From the NCBI GenBank assembly GCA_964057225.1, contig OZ059895.1, positions 4,402,001-4,466,000 on the forward strand: a stretch of 64,000 bases of DNA, read 5' to 3'. A model generated the notes under the pieces. That model had not been told where the DNA came from, did no database searches, and saw nothing but the letters and a program-made list of their open reading frames with translations. The stretch comes from Auanema rhodensis. Its lineage: Eukaryota; Animalia; Nematoda. The position numbers and the translations under genes were made by a program. Shown piece by piece: positions 19,964 through 33,900 of the stretch. Each line of letters begins with the position of its first letter. The stretch's first letter is position 1.

Positions 19964-22900
19964 TATACTACATTGAGAAACGCTTAATACAAAAATTAGT
20001 TATGATCGTTTGAAAAATGATGCATTAGTGTATGTTGAGTTTCCATGTACACTCAACATTGCTTCGAAAAACATTTTGACAAAAATTTTTTCGAAAAATT
20101 TCAAAATAATTTAGCAAAAAGTAGATGTTTTTAGATTCCTTTTTTTAAGGCAAAGATGATGGACAATGTTATTCAACGAAAAAATCAATTCTTCAGGGTG
20201 AAAATCGAGGATATAAGTGTGAACTTATATCAGTTGATATCTCGGTGCATTTTTAAGCTAGCGCAAATCTGATAACACAGATCGACGCAGCTTAAAAATC
20301 CGCATCGAATGCACTATACTACATTGAGAAACGCTTAATACAAAAATTAGTTATGATCGTTTGAAAAATGATGCATTAGTGTATGTTGAGTTTCCATGTA
20401 CACTCAACATTGCTTCCAAAAACATTTTGACAAAAATTTTTTCGAAAAATTTCAAAATAATTTAGCGAAAAGTAGATGTTTTTAGATTCCTTTTTTCAAG
20501 GCAAAGATGATGGACAATGTTATTCAACGAAAAAATCAATTCTTCAGGGTGAAAATCGAGGATATAAGTGTGAACTTATATCAGTTGATATCTCGGTGCA
20601 TTTTTAAGCTAGCGCAAATCTGATAACACAGATCGACGCAGCTTAAAAATCCGCATCGAATGCACTATACTTCATTGAAAAACGCTTAATACAAAAATTA
20701 GTTATGATCGTTTGAAAAATGATGCATTAGTGTATGTTGAGTTTCCATGTACACTCAACATTGCTTCCAAAAACATTTTGACAAAAATTTTTTCGAAACA
20801 TTTCAAGATAATTTAGCAAAAAGTAGATGTTTTTAGATTCCTTTTTTCAAGGCAAAGATGATGGACAATGTTATTCAACGAAAAAATCAATTCTTCAGGG
20901 TGAAAATCGAGGATATAAGTGTGAACTTATATCAGTTGATATCTCGGTGCATTTTTAAGCTAGCGCAAATCTGATAACACAGATCGACGCAGCTTAAAAA
21001 TCCGCATCGAATGCACTATACTTCATTGAAAAACGCTTAATACAAAAAATAGTTATGATCGTTTGAAAAATGATGCATTAGTGTATGTTGAGTTTCCATG
21101 TACACTCAACATTGCTTCCAAAAACATTTTGACAAAAATTTTTTCGAAAAATTTCAAAATAATTTAGCAAAAAGTAGATGTTTTTAGATTCCTTTTTTCA
21201 AGGCAAAGATGATGGACAATGTTATTCAACGAAAAAATCAATTCTTCAGGGTGAAAATCGAGGATATAAGTGTGAACTTATATCAGTTGATATCTCGGTG
21301 CATTTTTAAGCTAGCGCAAATCTGATAACACAGATCGACGCAGCTTAAAAATCCGCATCGAATGCACTATACTACATTGAGAAACGCTTAATACAAAAAT
21401 TAGTTATGATCGTTTGAAAAATGATGCATTAGTGTATGTTGAGTTTCCATGTACACTCAACATTGCTTCCAAAAACATTTTGACAAAAATTTTTTCGAAA
21501 AATTTCAAAATAATTTAGCAAAAAGTAGATGTTTTTAGATTTCTTTTTTCAAGGCAAAGACGATGGACAATGTTATTCAACGAAAAAATTAATTCTTCAG
21601 GGTGAAAATCGAGGGTATATGTGTGAAGTTATATCAGTTGATATCTCGGTGCATTTTCAAGCTAGCGCAAATCTGATAACACAGATCGACGCAGCTTAAA
21701 AATCCGCATCGAATGCACTATACTACATTGAGAAACGCTTAATACAAAAATTAGTTATGATCGTTTGAAAAATGATGCATTAGTGTATGTTGAGTTTCCA
21801 TGTACACTCAACATTGCTTCCAAAAACATTTTGACAAAAATTTTTTCGAAAAATTTCAAAATAATTTAGCAAAAAGTAGATGTTTTTAGATTCCTTTTTT
21901 TAAGGCAAAGATGATGGACAATGTTTTTAAACGAAAAAATTAATTCTTCAGTGTGAAAATCGAGGATATAAGTGTGAACTTATATCAGTTGATATCTCGG
22001 TGCATTTTCAAGCTAGCGCAAATCTGATAACACAGATCGACGCAGCTTAAAAATCCGCATCGAATGCACTATACTTCATTGAGAAACGCTTAATACAAAA
22101 ATTAGTTATGATCGTTTGAAAAATGATGCATTAGTGTATGTTGAGTTTCCATGTACACTCAACATTGCTTCCAAAAACATTTTGACAAAAATTTTTTCGA
22201 AAAATTTCAAAATAATTTAGCAAAAAGTAGATGTTTTTAGATTCCTTTTTCCAAGGCAAAGACGATGGACAATGTTATTCAACGAAAAAATTAATTCTTC
22301 AGGGTGAAAATCGAGGATATATGTGTGAACTTATATCAGTTGATATCTCGGTGCATTTTCAAGCTAGCGCAAATCTGATAACACAGATCGACGCAGCTTA
22401 AAAATCCGCATCGAATGCACTATACTCCATTAAGAAACGCTTAATACAAAAATTAGTTATGATCGTTTGAAAAATGATGCATTAGTGTATGTTGAGTTTC
22501 CATGTACACTCAACATTGCTTCCAAAAACATTTTGACAAAAATTTTTTCGAAAAATTTCAAAATAATTTAGCAAAAAGTAGATGTTTTTAGATTCCTTTT
22601 TTCAAGGCAAAGACGATGGACATTGTTATTCAACGAAAAAATTAATTCTTTAGGGTGAAAATCGAGGATATAAGTGTGAACTTATATCAGTTGATATCTC
22701 GGTGCATTTTCAAGCTAGCGCAAATCTGATAACACAGATCGACGCAGCTTAAAAATCCGCATCGAATGCAGTATACTTCATTGAGAAACGCTTAATACAA
22801 AAATTAGTTATGATCGTTTGAAAAATGATGCATTAGTGTATGTTGAGTTTCCATGTACACTCAACACTGCTTCCAAAAACATTTTGACAACAATTTTTTC

Positions 22901-25900
22901 GAAAAATTTCAAAATAATTTAGCAAAAAGTAGATGTTTTTAGATTCCTTTTTTCAAGGCAAAGATGATGGACAATGTTATTCAACGAAAAAATTAATTCT
23001 TCAGGGTGAAAATCGAGGATATAAGTGTGAACATATATCAGTTGATATCTCGGTGCATTTTCAAGCTAGCGCAAATCTGATAACACAGATCGACGCAGCT
23101 TAAAAATCCGCATCGAATGCACTATACTTCATTGAGAAACGCTTAATACAAAAATTAGTTATGATCGTTTGAAAAATGATGCATTAGTGTATGTTGAGTT
23201 TCCATGTACACTCAACATTGCTTCCAAAAACATTTTGACAAAAATTTTTTCGAAAAATTTCAAAATAATTTAGCAAAAAGTAGATGTTTTTAGATTCCTT
23301 TTTTCAAGGCAAAGATGATGGACAATGTTATTCAACGAAAAAATCAATTCTTCAGGGTGAAAATCGAGGATATAAGTGTGAACTTATATCAGTTGATATC
23401 TCGGTGCATTTTCAAGCTAGCGCAAATCTGATAACACAGATCGACGCAGCTTAAAAATCCGCATCGAATGCTTTATACTTCATTGAGAAACGCTTAATAC
23501 AAAAATTAGTTATGATCGTTTGAAAAATGATGCATTAGTGTATGTTGAGTTTCCATGTACACTCAACATTGCTTCCAAAAACATTTTGACAAAAATTTTT
23601 TCGAAAAATTTCAAAATAATTTAGCAAAAAGTAGATGTTTTTAGATTCCTTTTTTCAAGGCAAAGATGATGGACAATGTTATTCAACGAAAAAATCAATT
23701 CTTCAGGGTGAAAATCGAGGATATAAGTGTGAACTTATATCAGTTGATATCTCGGTGCATTTTCAAGCTAGCGCAAATCTGATAACACAGATCGACGCAG
23801 CTTAAAAATCCGCATCGAATGCACTATACTTCATTGAGAAACGCTTAATACAAAAATTAGTTATGATCGTTTGAAAAATGATGCATTAGTGTATGTTGAG
23901 TTTCCATGTACACTCAACATTGCTTCCAAAAACATTTTGACAAAAATTTTTTCGAAAAATTTCAAAATAATTTAGCAAAAAGTAGATGTTTTTAGATTCC
24001 TTTTTTCAAGGCAAAGATGATGGACAATGTTATTCAACGAAAAAATTAATTCTTCAGGGTGAAAATCGAGGATATAAGTGTGAACATATATCAGTTGATA
24101 TCTCGGTGCATTTTCAAGCTAGCGCAAATCTGATAACACAGATCGACGCAGCTTAAAAATCCGCATCGAATGCACTTTACTTCATTGAGAAACGCTTAAT
24201 ACAAAAATTAGTTATGATCGTTTGAAAAATGATGCATTAGTGTATGTTGAGTTTCCATGTACACTCAACATTGCTTCCAAAAACATTTTGACAAAAATTT
24301 TTTCGAAAAATTTCAAAATAATTTAGCAAAAAGTAGATGTTTTTAGATTCCTTTTTTCAAGGCAAAGATGATGGACAATGTTATTCAACGAAAAAATTAA
24401 TTCTTCAGGGTGAAAATCGAGGATATAAGTGTGAACATATATCAGTTGATATCTCGGTGCATTTTCAAGCTAGCGCAAATCTGATAACACAGATCGACGC
24501 AGCTTAAAAATCCGCATCGAATGCACTATACTTCATTGAGAAACGCTTAATACAAAAATTAGTTATGATCGTTTGAAAAATGATGCATTAGTGTATGTTG
24601 AGTTTCCATGTACACTCAACATTGCTTCCAAAAACATTTTGACAAAAATTTTTTCGAAAAATTTCAAAATAATTTAGGAAAAAGTAGATGTTTTTAGATT
24701 CCTTTTTTCAAGTCAAAGACGATGGACAATGTTATTCAACGAAAAAATTAATTCTTCAGGGTGAAAATCGAGGATATAAGTGTGAACTTATATCAGTTGA
24801 TATCTCGGTGCATTTTCAAGCTAGCGCAAATCTGATAACACAGATCGACGCAGCTTAAAAATTTGCATCGAATGCACTATACTTCATTGAGAAACGCTTA
24901 ATACAAAAACTAGTTATGATCGTTTGAAAAATGATGCATTAGTGTATGTTGAGTTTCCATGTACACTCAACATTGCTTCCAAAAACATTTTGACAAAAAT
25001 TTTTTCGAAAAATTTCAAAATAATTTAGGAAAAAGTAGATGTTTTTAGATTCCTTTTTTCAAGTCAAAGACGATGGACAATGTTATTCAACGAAAAAATT
25101 AATTCTTCAGGGTGAAAATCGAGGATATATGTGTGAACTTATATCAGTTGATATCTCGGTGCATTTTCAAGCTAGCGCAAATCTGATAACACAGATCGAC
25201 GCAGCTTAAAAATTTGCATCGAATGCACTATACTTCATTGAGAAACGCTTAATACAAAAACTAGTTATGATCGTTTGAAAAATGATGCATTAGTGTATGT
25301 TGAGTTTCCATGTACACTCAACATTGCTTCCAAAAACATTTTGACAAAAATTTTTTCGAAAAATTTCAAAATAATTTAGCGAAAAGTAGATGTTTTTAGA
25401 TTCCTTTTTTCAAGGCAAAGATGATGGACAATGTTATTCAACGAAAAAATTAATTCTTCAGGGTGAAAATCGAGGATATAAGTGTGAACATATATCAGTT
25501 GATATCTCGGTGCATTTTCAAGCTAGCGCAAATCTGATAACACAGATCGACGCAGCTTAAAAATTTGCATCGAATGCACTATACTTCATTGAGAAACGCT
25601 TAATACAAAAACTAGTTATGATCGTTTGAAAAATGATGCATTAGTGTATGTTGAGTTTCCATGTACACTCAACATTGCTTCCAAAAACATTTTGACAAAA
25701 ATTTTTTCGAAAAATTTCAAAATAATTTAGGAAAAAGTAGATGTTTTTAGATTCCTTTTTTCAAGTCAAAGACGATGGACAATGTTATTCAACGAAAAAA
25801 TTAATTCTTCAGGGTGAAAATCGAGGATATAAGTGTGAACTTATATCAGTTGATATCTCGGTGCATTTTCAAGCTAGCGCAAATCTGATAACACAGATCG

Positions 25901-28799
25901 ACGCAGCTTAAAAATTTGCATCGAATGCACTATACTTCATTGAGAAACGCTTAATACAAAAACTAGTTATGATCGTTTGAAAAATGATGCATTAGTGTAT
26001 GTTGAGTTTCCATGTACACTCAACATTGCTTCCAAAAACATTTTGACAAAAATTTTTTCGAAAAATTTCAAAATAATTTAGGAAAAAGTAGATGTTTTTA
26101 GATTCCTTTTTTCAAGTCAAAGACGATGGACAATGTTATTCAACGAAAAAATTAATTCTTCAGGGTGAAAATCGAGGATATAAGTGTGAACTTATATCAG
26201 TTGATATCTCGGTGCATTTTCAAGCTAGCGCAAATCTGATAACACAGATCGACGCAGCTTAAAAATTTGCATCGAATGCACTATACTTCATTGAGAAACG
26301 CTTAATACAAAAATTAGTTATGATCGTTTGAAAAATGATGCATTAGTGTATGTTGAGTTTCCATGTACACTCAACATTGCTTCCAAAAACATTTTGACAA
26401 AAATTTTTTCGAAAAATTTCAAAATAATTTAGCGAAAAGTAGATGTTTTTAGATTCCTTTTTTCAAGGCAAAGATGATGGACAATGTTATTCAACGAAAA
26501 AATTAATTCTTCAGGGTGAAAATCGAGGATATAAGTGTGAACATATATCAGTTGATATCTCGGTGCATTTTCAAGCTAGCGCAAATCTGATAACACAGAT
26601 CGACGCAGCATAAAAATCCGCATCGAATGCACTATACTTCATTGAGAAACGCTTAATACAAAAATTAGTTATGATCGTTTGAAAAATGATGCATTAGTGT
26701 ATGTTGAGTTTCCATGTACACTCAACATTGCTTCCAAAAACATTTTGACAAAAATTTTTTCGAAAAATTTCAAAATAATTTAGCAAAAAGTAGATGTTTT
26801 TAGATTCCTTTTTTCAAGGCAAAGATGATGGACAATGTTATTCAACGAAAAAATCAATTCTTCAGGGTGAAAATCGAGGATATAAGTGTGAACTTATATC
26901 AGTTGATATCTCGGTGCATTTTTAAGCTAGCGCAAATCTGATAACACAGATCGACGCAGCTTAAAAATCCGCATCGAATGCACTATACTTCATTGAAAAA
27001 CGCTTAATACAAAAAATAGTTATGATCGTTTGAAAAATGATGCATTAGTGTATGTTGAGTTTCCATGTACACTCAACATTGCTTCCAAAAACATTTTGAC
27101 AAAACTTTTTTCGAAAAATTTCAAAATAATTTAGCAAAAAGTAGATGTTTTTAGATTCCTTTTTTTAAGGCAAAGATGATGGACAATGTTATTCAACGAA
27201 AAAATCAATTCTTCAGGGTGAAAATCGAGGATATAAGTGTGAACATATATCAGTTGATATCTCGGTGCATTTTCAAGCTAGCGCAAATCTGATAACACAG
27301 ATCGACGCAGCTTAAAAATCCGCATCGAATGCACTTTACTTCATTAAGAAACGCTTAATACAAAAATTAGTTATGATCGTTTGAAAAATGATGCATTAGT
27401 GTATGTTGAGTTTCCATGTACACTCAACATTGCTTCCAAAAACATTTTGACAAAAATTTTTTCGAAAAATTTCAAAATAATATAGCAAAAAGTAGATGTT
27501 TTTAGATTCCTTTTTTCAAGGCAAAGACGATGGACATTGTTATTCAACGAAAAAATTAATTCTTCAGGGTGAAAATCGAGGATATAAGTGTGAACTTATA
27601 TCAGTTGATATCTCGGTGCATTTTCAAGCTAGCGCAAATCTGATAACACAGATCGACGCAGCTTAAAAATCCGCATCGAATGCAGTATACTTCATTGAGA
27701 AACGCTTAATACAAAAATTAGTTATGATCGTTTGAAAAATGATGCATTAGTGTATGTTGAGTTTCCATGTACACTCAACATTGCTTCCAAAAACATTTTG
27801 ACAACAATTTTTTCGAAAAATTTCAAAATAATTTAGCAAAAAGTAGATGTTTTTAGATTCCTTTTTTCAAGGCAAAGATGATGGACAATGTTATTCAACG
27901 AAAAAATTAATTCTTCAGGGTGAAAATCGAGGATATAAGTGTGAACATATATCAGTTGATATCTCGGTGCATTTTCAAGCTAGCGCAAATCTGATAACAC
28001 AGATCGACGCAGCTTAAAAATCCGCATTGAATGCACTATACTTCATTGAGAAACGCTTAATACAAAAATTAGTTATGATCGTTTGAAAAATGATGCATTA
28101 GTGTATGTTGAGTTTCCATGTACACTCAACATTGCTTCCAAAAACATTTTGACAAAAATTTTTTCGAAAAATTTCAAAATAATTTAGCAAAAAGTAGATG
28201 TTTTTAGATTCCTTTTTTCAAGGCAAAGATGATGGACAATGTTATTCAACGAAAAAATCAATTCTTCAGGGTGAAAATCGAGGATATAAGTGTGAACTTA
28301 TATCAGTTGATATCTCGGTGCATTTTCAAGCTAGCGCAAATCTGATAACACAGATCGACGCAGCTTAAAAATCCGCATCGAATGCACTATACTTCATTGA
28401 GAAACGCTTAATACAAAAATTAGTTATGATCGTTTGAAAAATGATGCATTAGTGTATGTTGAGTTTCCATGTACACTCAATATTGCTTCCAAAAACATTT
28501 TGACAAAAATTTTTTCGAAAAATTTCAAAATAATTTAGCAAAAAGTAGATGTTTTTAGATTCCTTTTTTCAAGGCAAAGATGATGGACAATGTTATTCAA
28601 CGAAAAAATCAATTCTTCAGGGTGAAAATCGAGGATATAAGTGTGAACTTATATCAGTTGATATCTCGGTGCATTTTCAAGCTAGCGCAAATCTGATAAC
28701 ACAGATCGACGCAGCTTAAAAATCCGCATCGAATGCAGTATACTTCATTGAGAAACGCTTAATACAAAAATTAGTTATGATCGTTTGAAAAATGATGCA

Positions 28800-31700
28800 T
28801 TAGTGTATGTTGAGTTTCCATGTACACTCAACATTGCTTCCAAAAACATTTTGACAAAAATTTTTTCGAAAAATTTCAAAATAATTTAGCAAAAAGTAGA
28901 TGTTTTTAGATTCCTTTTTTCAAGGCAAAGATGATGGACAATGTTATTCAACGAAAAAATCAATTCTTCAGGGTGAAAATCGAGGATATAAGTGTGAACT
29001 TATATCAGTTGATATCTCGGTGCATTTTCAAGCTAGCGCAAATCTGATAACACAGATCGACGCAGCTTAAAAATCCGCATCGAATGCACTATACTTCATT
29101 GAGAAACGCTTAATACAAAAATTAGTTATGATCGTTTGAAAAATGATGCATTAGTGTATGTTGAGTTTCCATGTACACTCAATATTGCTTCCAAAAACAT
29201 TTTGACAAAAATTTTTTCGAAAAATTTCAAAATAATTTAGCAAAAAGTAGATGTTTTTAGATTCCTTTTTTCAAGGCAAAGATGATGGACAATGTTATTC
29301 AACGAAAAAATCAATTCTTCAGGGTGAAAATCGAGGATATAAGTGTGAACTTATATCAGTTGATATCTCGGTGCATTTTCAAGCTAGCGCAAATCTGATA
29401 ACACAGATCGACGCAGCTTAAAAATCCGCATCGAATGCAGTATACTTCATTGAGAAACGCTTAATACAAAAATTAGTTATGATCGTTTGAAAAATGATGC
29501 ATTAGTGTATGTTGAGTTTCCATGTACACTCAACATTGCTTCCAAAAACATTTTGACAAAAATTTTTTCGAAAAATTTCAAAATAATTTAGCAAAAAGTA
29601 GATGTTTTTAGATTCCTTTTTTTAAGGCAAAGATGATGGACAATGTTTTTAAACGAAAAAATTAATTCTTCAGTGTGAAAATCGAGGATATAAGTGTGAA
29701 CTTATATCAGTTGATATCTCGGTGCATTTTCAAGCTAGAGCAAATCTGATAACACAGATCGACGCAGCTTAAAAATCCGCATCGAATGCACTATACTTCA
29801 TTGAGAAACGCTTAATACAAAAATTAGTTATGATCGTTTGAAAAATGATGCATTAGTGTATGTTGAGTTTCCATGTACACTCAACATTGCTTACAAAAAC
29901 ATTTTGACAACAATTTTTTCGAAAAATTTCAAAATAATTTAGCAAAAAGTAGATGTTTTTAGATTTCTTTTTTCAAGGCAAAGATGATGGACAATGTTAT
30001 TCAACGAAAAAATTAATTCTTCAGGGTGAAAATCGAGGATATAAGTGTGAACATATATCAGTTGATATCTCGGTGCATTTTCAAGCTAGCGCAAATCTGA
30101 TAACACAGATCGACGCAGCTTAAAAATCCGCATCGAATGCACTATACTTCATTAAGAAACGCTTAATACAAAAATTAGTTATGATCGTTTGAAAAATGAT
30201 GCATTAGTGTATGTTGAGTTTCCATGTACACTCAACATTGCTTCCAAAAACATTTTGACAAAAATTTTTTCGAAAAATTTCAAAATAATATAGCAAAAAG
30301 TAGATGTTTTTAGATTCCTTTTTTCAAGGCAAAGACGATGGACATTGTTATTCAACGAAAAAATTAATTCTTCAGGGTGAAAATCGAGGATATAAGTGTG
30401 AACTTATATCAGTTGATATCTCGGTGCATTTTCAAGCTAGCGCAAATCTGATAACACAGATCGACGCAGCTTAAAAATCCGCATCGAATGCAGTATACTT
30501 CATTGAGAAACGCTTAATACAAAAATTAGTTATGATCGTTTGAAAAATGATGCATTAGTGTATGTTGAGTTTCCATGTACACTCAACATTGCTTCCGAAA
30601 ACATTTTGACAACAATTTTTTCGAAAAATTTCAAAACAATTTAGCAAAAAGTAGATGTTTTTAGATTCCTTTTTTCAAGGCAAGGATGATGGACAATGTT
30701 ATTCAACGAAAAAATTAATTCTTCAGGGTGAAAATCGAGGATATAAGTGTGAACATATATCAGTTGATATCTCGGTGCATTTTCAAGCTAGCGCAAATCT
30801 GATAACACAGATCGACGCAGCTTAAAAATCCGCATTGAATGCAGTATACTTCATTGAGAAACGCTTAATACAAAAATTAGTTATGATCGTTTGAAAAATG
30901 ATGCATTAGTGTATGTTGAGTTTCCATGTACACTCAACATTGCTTCCAAAAACATTTTGACAAAAATTTTTTCGAAAAATTTCAAAATAATTTAGCAAAA
31001 AGTAGATGTTTTTAGATTCCTTTTTTCAAGGCAAAGATGATGGACAATGTTATTCAACGAAAAAATCAATTCTTCAGGGTGAAAATCGAGGATATAAGTG
31101 TGAACTTATATCAGTTGATATCTCGGTGCATTTTCAAGCTAGCGCAAATCTGATAACACAGATCGACGCAGCTTAAAAATCCGCATCGAATGCACTATAC
31201 TTCATTGAGAAACGCTTAATACAAAAATTAGTTATGATCGTTTGAAAAATGATGCATTAGTGTATGTTGAGTTTCCATGTACACTCAACATTGCTTCCAA
31301 AAACATTTTGACAAAAATTTTTTCGAAAAATTTCAAAATAATTTAGCAAAAAGTAGATGTTTTTAGATTCCTTTTTTCAAGGCAAAGATGATGGACAATG
31401 TTATTCAACGAAAAAATCAATTCTTCAGGGTGAAAATCGAGGATATAAGTGTGAACTTATATCAGTTGATATCTCGGTGCATTTTCAAGCTAGCGCAAAT
31501 CTGATAACACAGATCGACGCAGCTTAAAAATCCGCATCGAATGCACTATACTTCATTGAGAAACGCTTAATACAAAAATTAGTTATGATCGTTTGAAAAA
31601 TGATGCATTAGTGTATGTTGAGTTTCCATGTACACTCAATATTGCTTCCAAAAACATTTTGACAAAAATTTTTTCGAAAAATTTCAAAATAATTTAGCAA

Positions 31701-33900
31701 AAAGTAGATGTTTTTAGATTCCTTTTTTCAAGGCAAAGATGATGGACAATGTTATTCAACGAAAAAATCAATTCTTCAGGGTGAAAATCGAGGATATAAG
31801 TGTGAACTTATATCAGTTGATATCTCGGTGCATTTTCAAGCTAGCGCAAATCTGATAACACAGATCGACGCAGCTTAAAAATCCGCATCGAATGCAGTAT
31901 ACTTCATTGAGAAACGCTTAATACAAAAATTAGTTATGATCGTTTGAAAAATGATGCATTAGTGTATGTTGAGTTTCCATGTACACTCAACATTGCTTCC
32001 AAAAACATTTTGACAAAAATTTTTTCGAAAAATTTCAAAATAATTTAGCAAAAAGTAGATGTTTTTAGATTCCTTTTTTTAAGGCAAAGATGATGGACAA
32101 TGTTTTTAAACGAAAAAATTAATTCTTCAGTGTGAAAATCGAGGATATAAGTGTGAACTTATATCAGTTGATATCTCGGTGCATTTTCAAGCTAGAGCAA
32201 ATCTGATAACACAGATCGACGCAGCTTAAAAATCCGCATCGAATGCACTATACTTCATTGAGAAACGCTTAATACAAAAATTAGTTATGATCGTTTGAAA
32301 AATGATGCATTAGTGTATGTTGAGTTTCCATGTACACTCAACATTGCTTACAAAAACATTTTGACAACAATTTTTTCGAAAAATTTCAAAATAATTTAGC
32401 AAAAAGTAGATGTTTTTAGATTTCTTTTTTCAAGGCAAAGATGATGGACAATGTTATTCAACGAAAAAATTAATTCTTCAGGGTGAAAATCGAGGATATA
32501 AGTGTGAACATATATCAGTTGATATCTCGGTGCATTTTCAAGCTAGCGCAAATCTGATAACACAGATCGACGCAGCTTAAAAATCCGCATCGAATGCACT
32601 ATACTTCATTAAGAAACGCTTAATACAAAAATTAGTTATGATCGTTTGAAAAATGATGCATTAGTGTATGTTGAGTTTCCATGTACACTCAACATTGCTT
32701 CCAAAAACATTTTGACAAAAATTTTTTCGAAAAATTTCAAAATAATATAGCAAAAAGTAGATGTTTTTAGATTCCTTTTTTCAAGGCAAAGACGATGGAC
32801 ATTGTTATTCAACGAAAAAATTAATTCTTCAGGGTGAAAATCGAGGATATAAGTGTGAACTTATATCAGTTGATATCTCGGTGCATTTTCAAGCTAGCGC
32901 AAATCTGATAACACAGATCGACGCAGCTTAAAAATCCGCATCGAATGCAGTATACTTCATTGAGAAACGCTTAATACAAAAATTAGTTATGATCGTTTGA
33001 AAAATGATGCATTAGTGTATGTTGAGTTTCCATGTACACTCAACATTGCTTCCGAAAACATTTTGACAACAATTTTTTCGAAAAATTTCAAAACAATTTA
33101 GCAAAAAGTAGATGTTTTTAGATTCCTTTTTTCAAGGCAAGGATGATGGACAATGTTATTCAACGAAAAAATTAATTCTTCAGGGTGAAAATCGAGGATA
33201 TAAGTGTGAACATATATCAGTTGATATCTCGGTGCATTTTCAAGCTAGCGCAAATCTGATAACACAGATCGACGCAGCTTAAAAATCCGCATTGAATGCA
33301 CTATACTTCATTGAGAAACGCTTAATACAAAAATTAGTTATGATCGTTTGAAAAATGATGCATTAGTGTATGTTGAGTTTCCATGTACACTCAACATTGC
33401 TTCCAAAAACATTTTGACAAAAATTTTTTCGAAAAATTTCAAAATAATTTAGCAAAAAGTAGATGTTTTTAGATTCCTTTTTTCAAGGCAAAGATGATGG
33501 ACAATGTTATTCAACGAAAAAATCAATTCTTCAGGGTGAAAATCGAGGATATAAGTGTGAACTTATATCAGTTGATATCTCGGTGCATTTTCAAGCTAGC
33601 GCAAATCTGATAACACAGATCGACGCAGCTTAAAAATCCGCATCGAATGCACTATACTTCATTGAGAAACGCTTAATACAAAAATTAGTTATGATCGTTT
33701 GAAAAATGATGCATTAGTGTATGTTGAGTTTCCATGTACACTCAACATTGCTTCCAAAAACATTTTGACAAAAATTTTTTCGAAAAATTTCAAAATAATT
33801 TAGCAAAAAGTAGATGTTTTTAGATTCCTTTTTTCAAGGCAAAGATGATGGACAATGTTATTCAACGAAAAAATCAATTCTTCAGGGTGAAAATCGAGGA
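28800..33900 (+). repeat. 7-mer (2,457 bp) higher-order duplication, 2 copies
   Basis: Private variants recur at +2457: GCTAGAGC 29734/32191, TCCGAAA 30594/33051, CAAGGATG 30681/33138. Boundaries are approximate. Confidence 0.88.
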
